Shown here: positions 9,282 through 17,915 of the stretch, in pieces
How the letters are laid out: each line of letters starts with the position of its first letter
Position numbering within the stretch: position 1 is the first letter of the stretch
Assembly: GCA_041752695.1 (NCBI GenBank)
Contig: JBGSVZ010000047.1
Span: 65,299 to 129,298 of the forward strand
Direction: 5' to 3'
Source of the DNA: Terrimicrobiaceae bacterium
GTDB lineage: Bacteria; Verrucomicrobiota; Verrucomicrobiia; Chthoniobacterales; Terrimicrobiaceae
Length of the DNA: 64,000 nt
Program-made: the position numbers and the translations under genes
Notes under the pieces: model-generated
The model's database searches: none
What the model was told of the DNA's origin: nothing
What the model saw: the letters and a program-made list of their open reading frames with translations, nothing else

Positions 9282-11546
9282 ATGCCAAAAGCGCCGGGCA
9301 AACCCAGCCACCGCGCCGGAAAAAAAACCGCGCCACCGGAATCCGCTCGGACTGTCGTCAAAATCTCGATCTGGGCTTGGGCCTCGGTCATTCTCTGCCT
9401 TGCAGTCACGGTGACGATCGTGGCACTCGACGGCCAGTCCCGCTTTGCCCTGGTCGAAAAAATTTCGCGCACCTCGTTTGCCGAAGCTCCCCCCCACACC
9501 TTGCCGGTCGCAGAGGGCACGCGGGAGGAATGGCTGGTGCTCCCCCACTATGCGATGGATGCCCGGTGGTGGGTTCTTCACACCGAGCGGATGCTTCGCG
9601 AGAGTGCCTGGCGCGTGCGTAGCACAGACCTGGACAATGCGCCGGACGGCCGCGAGGTGCATTGGAGCTCCCTGTTGATGTGGATTCTGGCGGGCCTTGC
9701 CTTGCTTCGCAGCTTTTCTTCCGGCTCGCCGCCGGGCGCTTCCGTCGCAGAAGCGGCCATGATTGCGGGTCCGGTGATGCTGTTGATTTCTGTGGTGGGA
9801 CTCGCGTTTCTGGCGGCGGTGCGGTTTGGGAAATTTGCGGGGGCTTTTTTTGCTTTGGTCATTCTCACCAGCTTTGCGCTGCTGAGAACCTTCCTGACCG
9901 GGGAGGCGGACCATCATGGAGTGGTGGTGGCTTTCGCGATGGGTGGGGTGTTGTGTCTCCTGGCCGGCGGCTGCGGACTGGTCCGGAGAAAGGATTCGGT
10001 AGGCGATCGTGGAGGTTTGTCTGATTTGCAGACGGCGAGACGATGGTTCGCGGCCGCGGGATTTCTCGGTGCGGCATCGCTCTGGGTGAGCGCGGCCACG
10101 GCGATTCCGATCCTCGCGGGTGTGGCGGCGGGAGGGTTCCTCGTCTCCGTGTTCCGGGCGCGTGGGGATAAATCCGCGATAGCCTGTCCCGAGCTGTGGA
10201 TGGTCTGGGGCCTGGCCGGAGGAACAGGCAGCCTGGGGTTTTACGTACTGGAGTATTTTCCCTTCCACATGGGTTGGCGACTGGAGGTGAATCACCCTCT
10301 CTATGCTCTGGCCTGGATGGGCGGTGCATTCCTGTTAAGTCGGGCCGTGGGCTGGGGGGCCGCGGGACGGTTTCCGCTGCGAGGCGGGTTTGATCTCGGA
10401 CTTGCTGTGGTGGCGCTGGTTGCAGTGCTCGCTCCGGTTTTTGCCATCGTCTGGGTCCCGAATGCCGTATTTTGGGTTTCGGACGATTTCCTGCTCGCGC
10501 TGCACAAGGAATACATTCTCGAATTTCAGAGCATCTTCGCCATCAACCGGCTTACGGGAGGAGGAATCTCCTGGCTGACGCAATACGCCTGGCCCATTGC
10601 CGTTCTAGCGAGCACGAGCGTGTTGGGATTGACCCGGAATTTTGGCCCCCTTGCGCGGCGCGCCCTGCCCTTGCTTGCTCCCGCCATATTGATCACGCAA
10701 ATCCTCACCGTGCTCCAGGTGCGATGGGGATCGGCTGCTTTCGGCATGTGGTGTCTAGCCGTTCTGATTGTGCTGGCGGACCTCGTGCTTTTTCCCCGGC
10801 AAACCGGGGTGCGACGGTGGACGTTCCGCGGGCTTGTCGTCTGGGGTTGGGTGGCGATCCTGTTCACGCTTCTGCCCCAGATCGCCATCCGAGCTGAAGA
10901 GGAAAGAACCTGCCTGGACGCCCCGATTCCCCGGGATGTTGCCGGAAACCTGCTTCTGCGGGACGTCGCGCACCGCTTGATTCAATCGAGCCCGGATAAG
11001 GTTCCGGTGGTGTTGACCGGCCCCAATGCTTCCACCGAGATGGCCTACCACGCCGGTCTTCACACTCTCGGCACTTTGTATTGGGAAAATATGCCCGGGC
11101 TTAAACGTGCGGCCCGGATCTTTTCCGTCCCGGAGGAATCCGAAGCCCTCAATGAACTCACGAGCGCCGGAGTCACGCACATTGTGGTGCCATCCTGGGA
11201 CAATTTTGCGGAGGACTACGCCCGACTTCTCGCCAAGGCCGAAGGTCGCGAGACCACCGAGGCCCCCTTTTTCAAAGCCATCGTCGAGGGCGACGAGTGT
11301 CCCGATTGGCTGCGTCCTTTTGCCTACCCGATTCCCACCGACTCTGGCCTGGACGCGAACTCGGTGAAAATCTTCGCCGTGCTGCCGGAGCAATCGCCTT
11401 TCGAATCCCTTTTCTATCGCGGGATCTATTTCCTCGAGATCGGTCGACCGGCCAAGGCGCGGGAATTGTTCACCGAGGCAGCGGCCCTCCGCCCGGAGGA
11501 CGAACGCCCCCGCCGTTACCTTCGGGAGATCGACGCCCGAAACTGA
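9282..11546 (+). CDS. STT3/AglB/PglB-like oligosaccharyltransferase-family (GT-C) membrane protein with C-terminal TPR
   Basis: About 13 hydrophobic segments. Motifs in AglB order: MDARWW, DNAPDGREVHWSS, GEADHH, YILEFQ, QVRW, then a soluble domain VVLTGPNAS..AARIFSVPEESEALNELTSAGVTHIVV and a TPR-like tail. Confidence 0.65.
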   Translation: MPKAPGKPSHRAGKKTAPPESARTVVKISIWAWASVILCLAVTVTIVALDGQSRFALVEKISRTSFAEAPPHTLPVAEGTREEWLVLPHYAMDARWWVLHTERMLRESAWRVRSTDLDNAPDGREVHWSSLLMWILAGLALLRSFSSGSPPGASVAEAAMIAGPVMLLISVVGLAFLAAVRFGKFAGAFFALVILTSFALLRTFLTGEADHHGVVVAFAMGGVLCLLAGGCGLVRRKDSVGDRGGLSDLQTARRWFAAAGFLGAASLWVSAATAIPILAGVAAGGFLVSVFRARGDKSAIACPELWMVWGLAGGTGSLGFYVLEYFPFHMGWRLEVNHPLYALAWMGGAFLLSRAVGWGAAGRFPLRGGFDLGLAVVALVAVLAPVFAIVWVPNAVFWVSDDFLLALHKEYILEFQSIFAINRLTGGGISWLTQYAWPIAVLASTSVLGLTRNFGPLARRALPLLAPAILITQILTVLQVRWGSAAFGMWCLAVLIVLADLVLFPRQTGVRRWTFRGLVVWGWVAILFTLLPQIAIRAEEERTCLDAPIPRDVAGNLLLRDVAHRLIQSSPDKVPVVLTGPNASTEMAYHAGLHTLGTLYWENMPGLKRAARIFSVPEESEALNELTSAGVTHIVVPSWDNFAEDYARLLAKAEGRETTEAPFFKAIVEGDECPDWLRPFAYPIPTDSGLDANSVKIFAVLPEQSPFESLFYRGIYFLEIGRPAKARELFTEAAALRPEDERPRRYLREIDARN

Positions 11547-11547
11547 C

Positions 11548-13095
11548 ATGGGGCGGAAGAGAAAGCTGGAGGGTTGCGGGCCCTCGCAACCCATTCCTTC
11601 ACGGCACCGAGGGCCCGGTGCCCTCCAGGTTCGGCTTTTTCTCCTCATCCTCGGCGCTATCCTTCTCGTTCTTTGCGCTCGCGGCGACCTTTGGCTCGAT
11701 GAGATCTGGAGTTTTGAATGGGCGGAACGGGCCGACTCGCCCTGGGACATTCTCCGGATCTTTCCCCACGACAACAACCACCCCCTCAACAGTTGGTGGC
11801 TGATGGCCGTTGGTACCGGGAGTGCGCCTTTGGTCTGCCGCGCTCTTTCGATCGTCTGCGGTCTCTCCGCGCTCCTCCTTGTCGGCCGACTCGCCGCCAG
11901 CCTTGCGCCCTCTTCGCGGACAATCGCCACTGTACTGGCCGTGTTCTCTTTCCCGCTGGTGCTCTATTTTTCGGAAGCCAGGGGATATGCTCCCGCCGTC
12001 GCGTGTGCCCTCGCAGCGGCGGTGATTCTGGTCGAGACCCGTGCGCGGCCGCCGGTCTTGCTGGCGGTTCTTTTTTGGCTGGTCTGTGCCATCGGGATGC
12101 TGTCCCATGCCACCTTTCTGCTCGTTCTGACAGCGCTCGCGGCCTGGAAGATGATTTCGATGGTGGATGAAATGCGTTCTCCCCTTCCGGTGCTGTTCGC
12201 CAGTATGAGATGGTTTTTCGTTCCGGGACTGGGGGCGGTTTTCCTTTATGTGGGTTTCCTGCGACGCCTGCAGATTGGCGGGGGCCCGGAGTATTCGCTC
12301 ACGACTGTCCTGGGCCACTTTTTCAGCTATGCCCTGGGGTTCCCGGTGGGCGGGCCGTGGACTTGGCTGGCCATCGGAACTGGGGGCCTTTTGTATGGTG
12401 CGGGTATCTGGTTCGGACTACGCCACGCCCGCGTTTCCCACATCGGATGGCTGTTCGTGTTCCTGCCCGTGACGGCAGCGGTGGGTCTGGTTGTTTCCCG
12501 CCCCGAGGTGCTGTATTTCCGCTACTTTCTGGTCTTCCTCCCGTTCTTTTACCTGGCGCTCGCGGCACTGCTCGCACGCCTCGCTGGGATGGGAGCTGGG
12601 AGTTTGGCGTTCGGAGTTCGGCGGTGGTCTGCTGCCGCCGCTATCGTGGTGGCGCTCCTCGTCGCCTACGTGGTCGCCCAGGCCCCGAGACTCTATGATC
12701 TCGTTACGCTCGGTCGGGGAAGTTATCGCGAGGCCCTGCGACACGTGGCGCTAAGTCCCTTTGCCAATAAGGTCGTCACCTCCGACCATGATGCCCGCAA
12801 CAAGGTCCTTGTCGAATTTTTCGCGCGGCGCGACCCACTTTCCTCCAGGGTGAAATACCTCCCACTTGCTGAATCTGGCTCTGGCCGTGCGGGCTGGCTC
12901 CTCCGCCACTCGCAGGCCTCCTCGCAAGGGAAGCCCGAGCAATTCATGCACACGCCCACCGAAACCTACCGCTATGTGGGCGTATTCCCCCATGCGGGAG
13001 TGTCTGGCTGGCATTGGCTCCTCTATCGCAGCGTCTCCGCGGGGACTCCATTTATGACAAAAATGTCACAAGGAGGATCGCCGTCACTTAGGTAG
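11548..13095 (+). CDS. GT-C fold glycosyltransferase (GT39/PMT-like) membrane protein
   Basis: LWLDEIWS in the first loop, DNNHPLN, SEARGYA motif, many TM helices; starts 1 bp after the previous stop. Confidence 0.75.
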   Translation: MGRKRKLEGCGPSQPIPSRHRGPGALQVRLFLLILGAILLVLCARGDLWLDEIWSFEWAERADSPWDILRIFPHDNNHPLNSWWLMAVGTGSAPLVCRALSIVCGLSALLLVGRLAASLAPSSRTIATVLAVFSFPLVLYFSEARGYAPAVACALAAAVILVETRARPPVLLAVLFWLVCAIGMLSHATFLLVLTALAAWKMISMVDEMRSPLPVLFASMRWFFVPGLGAVFLYVGFLRRLQIGGGPEYSLTTVLGHFFSYALGFPVGGPWTWLAIGTGGLLYGAGIWFGLRHARVSHIGWLFVFLPVTAAVGLVVSRPEVLYFRYFLVFLPFFYLALAALLARLAGMGAGSLAFGVRRWSAAAAIVVALLVAYVVAQAPRLYDLVTLGRGSYREALRHVALSPFANKVVTSDHDARNKVLVEFFARRDPLSSRVKYLPLAESGSGRAGWLLRHSQASSQGKPEQFMHTPTETYRYVGVFPHAGVSGWHWLLYRSVSAGTPFMTKMSQGGSPSLR

Positions 13096-13105
13096 AATTT
13101 CGGTT

Positions 13106-14053
13106 GTGAAAAATCTCCTTCTCCCTTTCGTTGCCGCCATGGGAATCCTGGCCGGCCCGGTGCTTGCTGCTGAGCCGGAAGTAACGCCGGATGTGGCCAC
13201 GCTCGAAAAATCCGCTGCTGGCGGGGATGCCCAAGCCAAATTTCTGCTTGCCCGGGCGTATTTCCGGGGAGAGGGCGTGGCCAAGGATTCCGCGAAAAGC
13301 CGCCAACTTCTGGAGGAGGCGGCCGCGCTTGGCCATGCCGATGCCATGGACGGGCTGGGATTTCTCTATAACGCGGGTGAGGGCGTGCCCCAGGACGAGG
13401 CCAAGGCCGTGGAATGGTTCCGTAAAGCGGCGGAAGCGGGCTCGCTCAAAGGCCAATTGGATTTAGGCCTAATGCTTCGCCAGGGGAAAACCATTCTCCT
13501 TTCCAACGATGAAAGCCTCATGTGGATTAAAAAGTCCGCTGATGGAGGCTTCATGGGAGCAAAGGCGGTGCTTGGTCGCCTTTATTTTTTCGGGGACAAG
13601 CTGCAGAATGCCGACTACTCCAAGGCGGTTCCCTACCTTCGCGAAGCCGCTGAGGCCGGCGATCCGATCTGCCAGAATATGATGGGCGTTGCCTTGCGTG
13701 ATGGAGCAGGAACCGAAAAAGACCCTGCCGCAGCGGAAATTTGGTTTCGCAAAGCCGCGTTACAGAACAGCAAAAAGGCCCAGTCCAATCTGGCCCACAT
13801 TATGGGTGTCCAATCTCCCGAAGCCCCGAATCGCAAGGAGGCCCTCAAGTGGCTGATTATTTCCTCCGAGCAGGGAGAAATCACCGCCCAAAAAACTTAC
13901 GAAGAAATTATGCCGGCCCTGCCCTCGGCTCTCCTCGCCTCGGCCAAAAAGGAGGCAGATCGCTTCCTTCTGATCCAAAGAGCCACCAGCGGAAAACCCA
14001 AATCGGCAAGCTCGGAACCGACCGAACAAAACCAGCCCGGTGACGGAGCGTAG
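13106..14053 (+). CDS. Secreted Sel1-like repeat protein
   Basis: Signal peptide (MKNLLLPFVAAMGILAGPVLA); repeated AxxGxxxAQxxLGxxYxxGxGVxxDxxKAxxWFxKAA units. Confidence 0.9.
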   Translation: MKNLLLPFVAAMGILAGPVLAAEPEVTPDVATLEKSAAGGDAQAKFLLARAYFRGEGVAKDSAKSRQLLEEAAALGHADAMDGLGFLYNAGEGVPQDEAKAVEWFRKAAEAGSLKGQLDLGLMLRQGKTILLSNDESLMWIKKSADGGFMGAKAVLGRLYFFGDKLQNADYSKAVPYLREAAEAGDPICQNMMGVALRDGAGTEKDPAAAEIWFRKAALQNSKKAQSNLAHIMGVQSPEAPNRKEALKWLIISSEQGEITAQKTYEEIMPALPSALLASAKKEADRFLLIQRATSGKPKSASSEPTEQNQPGDGA

Positions 14054-14061
14054 GAGAGTCG

Positions 14062-14334
14062 ACCGCGGATAATACGGATTTGGCGGATGGGGAAGATTGG
14101 GAGGATGGCGTCCTCCAAGAATCGAAAACGCTATAGCCGAAGGTCACGGCGGGTAAGTGACTATCCGCCCTAGCCAAAATGGTAGGGACGGTTGTCCCCA
14201 TCCGTCCATCTGGTAGAGGCCACATTCCTTGGAAGCAGGGATGAAAGACGGGGCCAAAAATGTGCTCCGGAGAAAAGACCTCCCCCCTCAACTTTGTTCT
14301 CCCCCCTATCCGCAAAATCCGCGCCATCCGCGGT
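14062..14334. repeat. 273-bp intergenic element bounded by 27-bp imperfect inverted repeats made of three 9-mers, with an internal GTAG-REP-like hairpin
   Basis: Left arm ACCGCGGAT-AATACGGAT-TTGGCGGAT (14062-14088); right arm ATCCGCAAA-ATCCGCGCC-ATCCGCGGT (14308-14334); internal GTAG-GGACGG-TTGTCCCCAT-CCGTCC (14182-14207). Confidence 0.6.
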
Positions 14335-14350
14335 TAAAATAACGCCTTTC

Positions 14351-15178
14351 TCAGGGAGTCGTCGGCGGCTGCGATACCACGGCCTTCTTCTCGTTTAGAG
14401 CCTCCTTGGCAGCCTGGAGGTGATATTGATTGTAGGCCTGATACCCGAACAGGGTGAGATATCGCTGGTCGGCAATCTGTCGGGCGGTGTTCCAATTTTC
14501 CGTCTCACTCACACCCGGTTGAGGTGTGGAAACATTGGTGTCGAAGTCTGTGAGGATTTCGTCGAGTGCCTTCTGTTGCTGGGGCGTGCGAGGCGTTTTA
14601 TCGACGAAAGCCGCCGGCACCACCGCGCCGGCCGGGACGTTCAGGACGATTTCCGCTCCCGAACCTGAAGAGACTGCGTCCGCGGGAGCGGGTGCAGCAT
14701 CCTGCTCCGCCCCGCCTCCGCCATTGGAAGTGCTGCTTGCGCCGTTGGAAGTTCCCGTGGCACTGCCCGCCCCTAACGCCTGGCTGGCTCCGGAATACGC
14801 GGGTAATGTCGTAGTTGCTCCCGCGGGCACGCTGGTCGCACCCAGTCCCGTCCCGGCAGACGTGACCGCAGTTGAGTTGGAGGAAGGCGGCGCGGTCGGA
14901 TTCGTTCGGGAATTTAACAGGCGTTTTGCCTGGGAAGAACCCGGTTGAAAGTTCGTGGGGGCCGCAGCCAACGAGCGTTTTGCCGTACTGTGCGTTGACG
15001 CCTTTGTCTCCGCCGAGGTCCAGTTGCCCTCAGCGCTGGGTTCTCCGGGATGCTTGAGTGAACTTTGGGTTTCGGGCTTCACGGGATTTTCGGCTTCTGC
15101 GGTGAGGAACCTGGCCGATACGATTCCAGATGCCACGGCGACTCCCAACAGGGTGGGGATAAGAAGGATTTTTTTCAT
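14351..15178 (-). CDS. Secreted or membrane-anchored hypothetical protein with Ser/Thr/Ala/Gly-rich linker and small helical C-terminal domain
   Basis: ATG at 15178 gives a signal-like MKKILLIPTLLGVAVASG; low-complexity middle; globular-looking C-terminus (TPQQQKALDEI..WNTARQIADQRYLTLFGYQAYNQY). Confidence 0.75.
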   Translation of the reverse strand: MKKILLIPTLLGVAVASGIVSARFLTAEAENPVKPETQSSLKHPGEPSAEGNWTSAETKASTHSTAKRSLAAAPTNFQPGSSQAKRLLNSRTNPTAPPSSNSTAVTSAGTGLGATSVPAGATTTLPAYSGASQALGAGSATGTSNGASSTSNGGGGAEQDAAPAPADAVSSGSGAEIVLNVPAGAVVPAAFVDKTPRTPQQQKALDEILTDFDTNVSTPQPGVSETENWNTARQIADQRYLTLFGYQAYNQYHLQAAKEALNEKKAVVSQPPTTP

Positions 15179-15294
15179 GAGGAATAGGACAAATGGACGG
15201 ATTAAATCTTGGGTCTCACAGGACTGAAGTTCTCGAGAAGATCGGCAGGCGCCCCGCCGACCTTCTCGAAAATTCCCCCGAGGGAATTTTCCCG

Positions 15295-15330
15295 GAAAAA
15301 CCAAAGCTGGCACCGTTTCCGGTGCCAGCT
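15295..15330 (-). terminator. Rho-independent terminator downstream of the PstS-fold gene
   Basis: Perfect 11-bp stem AGCTGGCACCG/CGGTGCCAGCT (15305-15330) with GAAA loop on the minus strand, followed by TTGGTTTTT. Confidence 0.75.
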
Positions 15331-15367
15331 CGGTTGCTTCGTAATACTATTTCTTACTCGGGTTAAC

Positions 15368-16762
15368 TTAGAGCGGGAAGATCGGGAAGCCGTCGTCAGC
15401 GCGCTCGCAGTTCATGTCGCTCAAGCGCAGGCCATTGGCTGTTTCCTGAAGACCGACTTCAAGGAAGCCGCCGGGTGCGGTCATCGAGTTACGGAAGGTC
15501 TGCTCGTTAGCCGAGAGAGAACCGTGGTGATAGAGGTGCTGGTAGCTCCAGGCGGAGTAGGCACCCGAAGTGACCTTCTCGAAGTCGGCTTGGTTGAAGC
15601 CAGTTCCGAGGTAGTTGTTAGGATCGGTCGCGATCAAGGGAGTAATTTGGACACCATTGAAAGCGAGGATCTTCGCGCCGCCTGTCGCAGCATTCAGGCT
15701 GTCCGCCGTGGAGAGCCAGGTCAGGAGGAAAATTGGAATATCTTCCGCAAGAGCATCCTGGCTTTCGCCGTCATAGACATCAACCGAGGTTGAGGTCCGA
15801 GCCATGATGCCGCGAAGAGCACTGCTGCTGCGGTAACCACCATTGCCCAGCACGTCATTGCCCCAGAGGGTCGAGGCGTTGCCCGAACCATCCGGACAAA
15901 GGAGGTTGCCCGTGCCGTTTCCACCTGCGGGAACCAGCGTAATCGCGCTGATCACATTGGCCACCGCCTGGCCGGCGGTCGTCACGATGTATTGCTGCAC
16001 GGTATTGGCCGCGCCATAGGTCCACTCCGTCAAGTAGGCGGAACGTGTTCCCGAACCGTCGTTACGGCCGGTCGCAAACACGAGGGTCGTGTCGTCAGGA
16101 TCTCCGGTGAACAACGAGAGCGGGGCAATACCAGCGCCCCAAAGAGCACGGCACTGCTGAATCGTTGCATTCGTCCAGTTCGAAGGAGCTCCTTCGTTCG
16201 CAATCATCGCGAACGTCACGACACCGACGGCGGATGTGCCGACGGGATTCAACACTTCGTTGTCGACTGGCGATGTGCTCTGATACACATCCGAGAAGCT
16301 GAACTTCGGACGAAGGGTGTTCGTAGGAGAAGTCTGCAGCACGCGGATGCCGTCGTTGACCGTGTTGTTGTTCGCTGTCGAAGTGTCGTCCGCAGTTGCG
16401 GCCGCCACTTGAAGGAACGATGGATCGCTGTTTCCCGCGATGGCGTTGAGGCCCTCGGTGGAGCCGTTGAACGACGTGCGGATGATGGTCGTGCCCGCGA
16501 TGCCGGGGAACGTGCCGGTGAACACCGCCTTGTTCGAGGCGATGAGCTGGCTGACCTGGTTGCTCGTGTTGCCGGTGAAATCGTGGGCAACGTTGAAATT
16601 CACGCCTGCGTTTCCGATGGAATCGTAGGCATTGAAGATCGCTTTCATGGTGGCCTGGCGGAACGCCGTGGCACCCGTGATGGTGAGTTCCGTCGTCTGC
16701 GCCATCGCGGACGAAACGGTGCCGATCGCAACAGCGGCGGCGAGGATGTTTTGAATCTTCAT
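15368..16762 (-). CDS. Secreted PstS/DING-like (periplasmic binding protein type 2 fold) protein
   Basis: Signal peptide MKIQNILAAAVAIGTVSSAMA; motifs ITGATAF, GSTEG, FSDV, VGVVTF and GRNDGSGTR parallel PstS (GAGATF, GSGAG, ASD, RSDGSGTT). Confidence 0.6.
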   Translation of the reverse strand: MKIQNILAAAVAIGTVSSAMAQTTELTITGATAFRQATMKAIFNAYDSIGNAGVNFNVAHDFTGNTSNQVSQLIASNKAVFTGTFPGIAGTTIIRTSFNGSTEGLNAIAGNSDPSFLQVAAATADDTSTANNNTVNDGIRVLQTSPTNTLRPKFSFSDVYQSTSPVDNEVLNPVGTSAVGVVTFAMIANEGAPSNWTNATIQQCRALWGAGIAPLSLFTGDPDDTTLVFATGRNDGSGTRSAYLTEWTYGAANTVQQYIVTTAGQAVANVISAITLVPAGGNGTGNLLCPDGSGNASTLWGNDVLGNGGYRSSSALRGIMARTSTSVDVYDGESQDALAEDIPIFLLTWLSTADSLNAATGGAKILAFNGVQITPLIATDPNNYLGTGFNQADFEKVTSGAYSAWSYQHLYHHGSLSANEQTFRNSMTAPGGFLEVGLQETANGLRLSDMNCERADDGFPIFPL

Positions 16763-16810
16763 AATAATTTTAAGAGTAGTAAGTGATCTTGGAGTTGTTT
16801 GAATTGAGAC

Positions 16811-17737
16811 TTAAGAAACGACATTGCGACGGCGTTTGCCGTAGAGGGTGATGACGAGACCTGCGGCGAGGAGCGCGGCAGTGGAAGGTTCGGGAACGGC
16901 GATGAAGTTCACGTCGCCATTGCTGCTCAGGGTGATCGTGCCGAGGAAATATCCCTGGCCGGCGGCGACACCGCTGATTCCTTCGATGTTCTGCCAACCC
17001 GAGGCGTTGAGGACGGGCGTGGCGCGATACAAATCCAGCCCGAGAACGATGTCATTGACGCCGCCCAACGAATAGGTCGTGCTGCTGATGGAACCCATCA
17101 CGCCTTGGGAAAGCTGGCCGTAAGCCGTTGCCGGATTTCCGTTCGAGAAGGGGTTTTGCTCGTCAATTGTGGTATCGCCGATTTGAGCATCCCCTGGCTG
17201 ACCGGCCGCAATAGCACTGTTGTTAGAACCACTGATATTTGAGGCCAAGTTACTTTGGGCAGCGGTTCCTCCGGGAAGAGCAACTGATGCCGAATTCGAG
17301 GCTCCGACTGTCCCTGCGGCGGTTCTCGGCTTGGTGACATAGACGGTGCGCGCGTAGTCTTGGTTGGAGGTCGCACTGCTGAGCGAGCTCGTGCTGCCAT
17401 TTTGGCCAGCGGCGCCGAAGAAGACGGTCGAACCGAGATTCGTCCAATCTGCTCCGTAGGTGGACGTCAGCTGGGTGTTGATATTGCCCAGGTTGATCGT
17501 CGTGCCGAACGAAGCGTCGCCGGGAGTGGCGGCGTCACGGAAGACATCGAACGTGCTGCCCAAGCTGAAGACGAACACCTGATCCGTTCCAGTGGTCCCG
17601 GTGGGATTCTGGCCGAACAACAGGACATCGTTTGCGTTGTATGCGGTATCGACAGCCGCATTTGCGCCCGCCATCGAGATCGCCAGGGATCCGATAGCCA
17701 GAGCATGCTGCGCCGCCTTTGTTTTTTTCAATTTCAT
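16811..17737 (-). CDS. PEP-CTERM sorting domain-containing surface protein
   Basis: C-terminus AVPEPSTAALLAAGLVITLYGKRRRNVVS (VPEP + TM + basic tail); signal peptide from ATG 17737; Ser/Thr/Gly/Asn-rich. Confidence 0.92.
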   Translation of the reverse strand: MKLKKTKAAQHALAIGSLAISMAGANAAVDTAYNANDVLLFGQNPTGTTGTDQVFVFSLGSTFDVFRDAATPGDASFGTTINLGNINTQLTSTYGADWTNLGSTVFFGAAGQNGSTSSLSSATSNQDYARTVYVTKPRTAAGTVGASNSASVALPGGTAAQSNLASNISGSNNSAIAAGQPGDAQIGDTTIDEQNPFSNGNPATAYGQLSQGVMGSISSTTYSLGGVNDIVLGLDLYRATPVLNASGWQNIEGISGVAAGQGYFLGTITLSSNGDVNFIAVPEPSTAALLAAGLVITLYGKRRRNVVS

Positions 17738-17802
17738 CGAGGTTTTTTTATTGGTTGAGGTCGAGACTGCCTCCCGCGCGCTCATACTTATGCGTTTTGG
17801 GC

Positions 17803-17818
17803 TGCAAGGAGGCTCCCG
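17803..17818 (-). promoter_or_regulatory. Possible sigma-54 (-24/-12) promoter for the PEP-CTERM operon
   Basis: Minus strand CGGGAGCCTCCTTGCA: GG-N10-GC spacing with a good TTGCA -12 element but a weak -24 element. Confidence 0.35.
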
Positions 17819-17893
17819 CATCCGTTGAACAAACCGGCCGCTGAAACTTCCTGCTGAAGGCGTACCTTTCTCCCACGCTGGAACTAGGGAGAT

Positions 17894-17915
17894 ATTGTAA
17901 CGATCTCGTCACAAT
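17894..17915. promoter_or_regulatory. 22-bp near-perfect palindrome (TGT-N12-ACA), probable transcription-factor or enhancer site
   Basis: ATTGTAACGATCTCGTCACAAT matches its reverse complement at 18/22 positions; lies between divergent genes. Confidence 0.6.
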
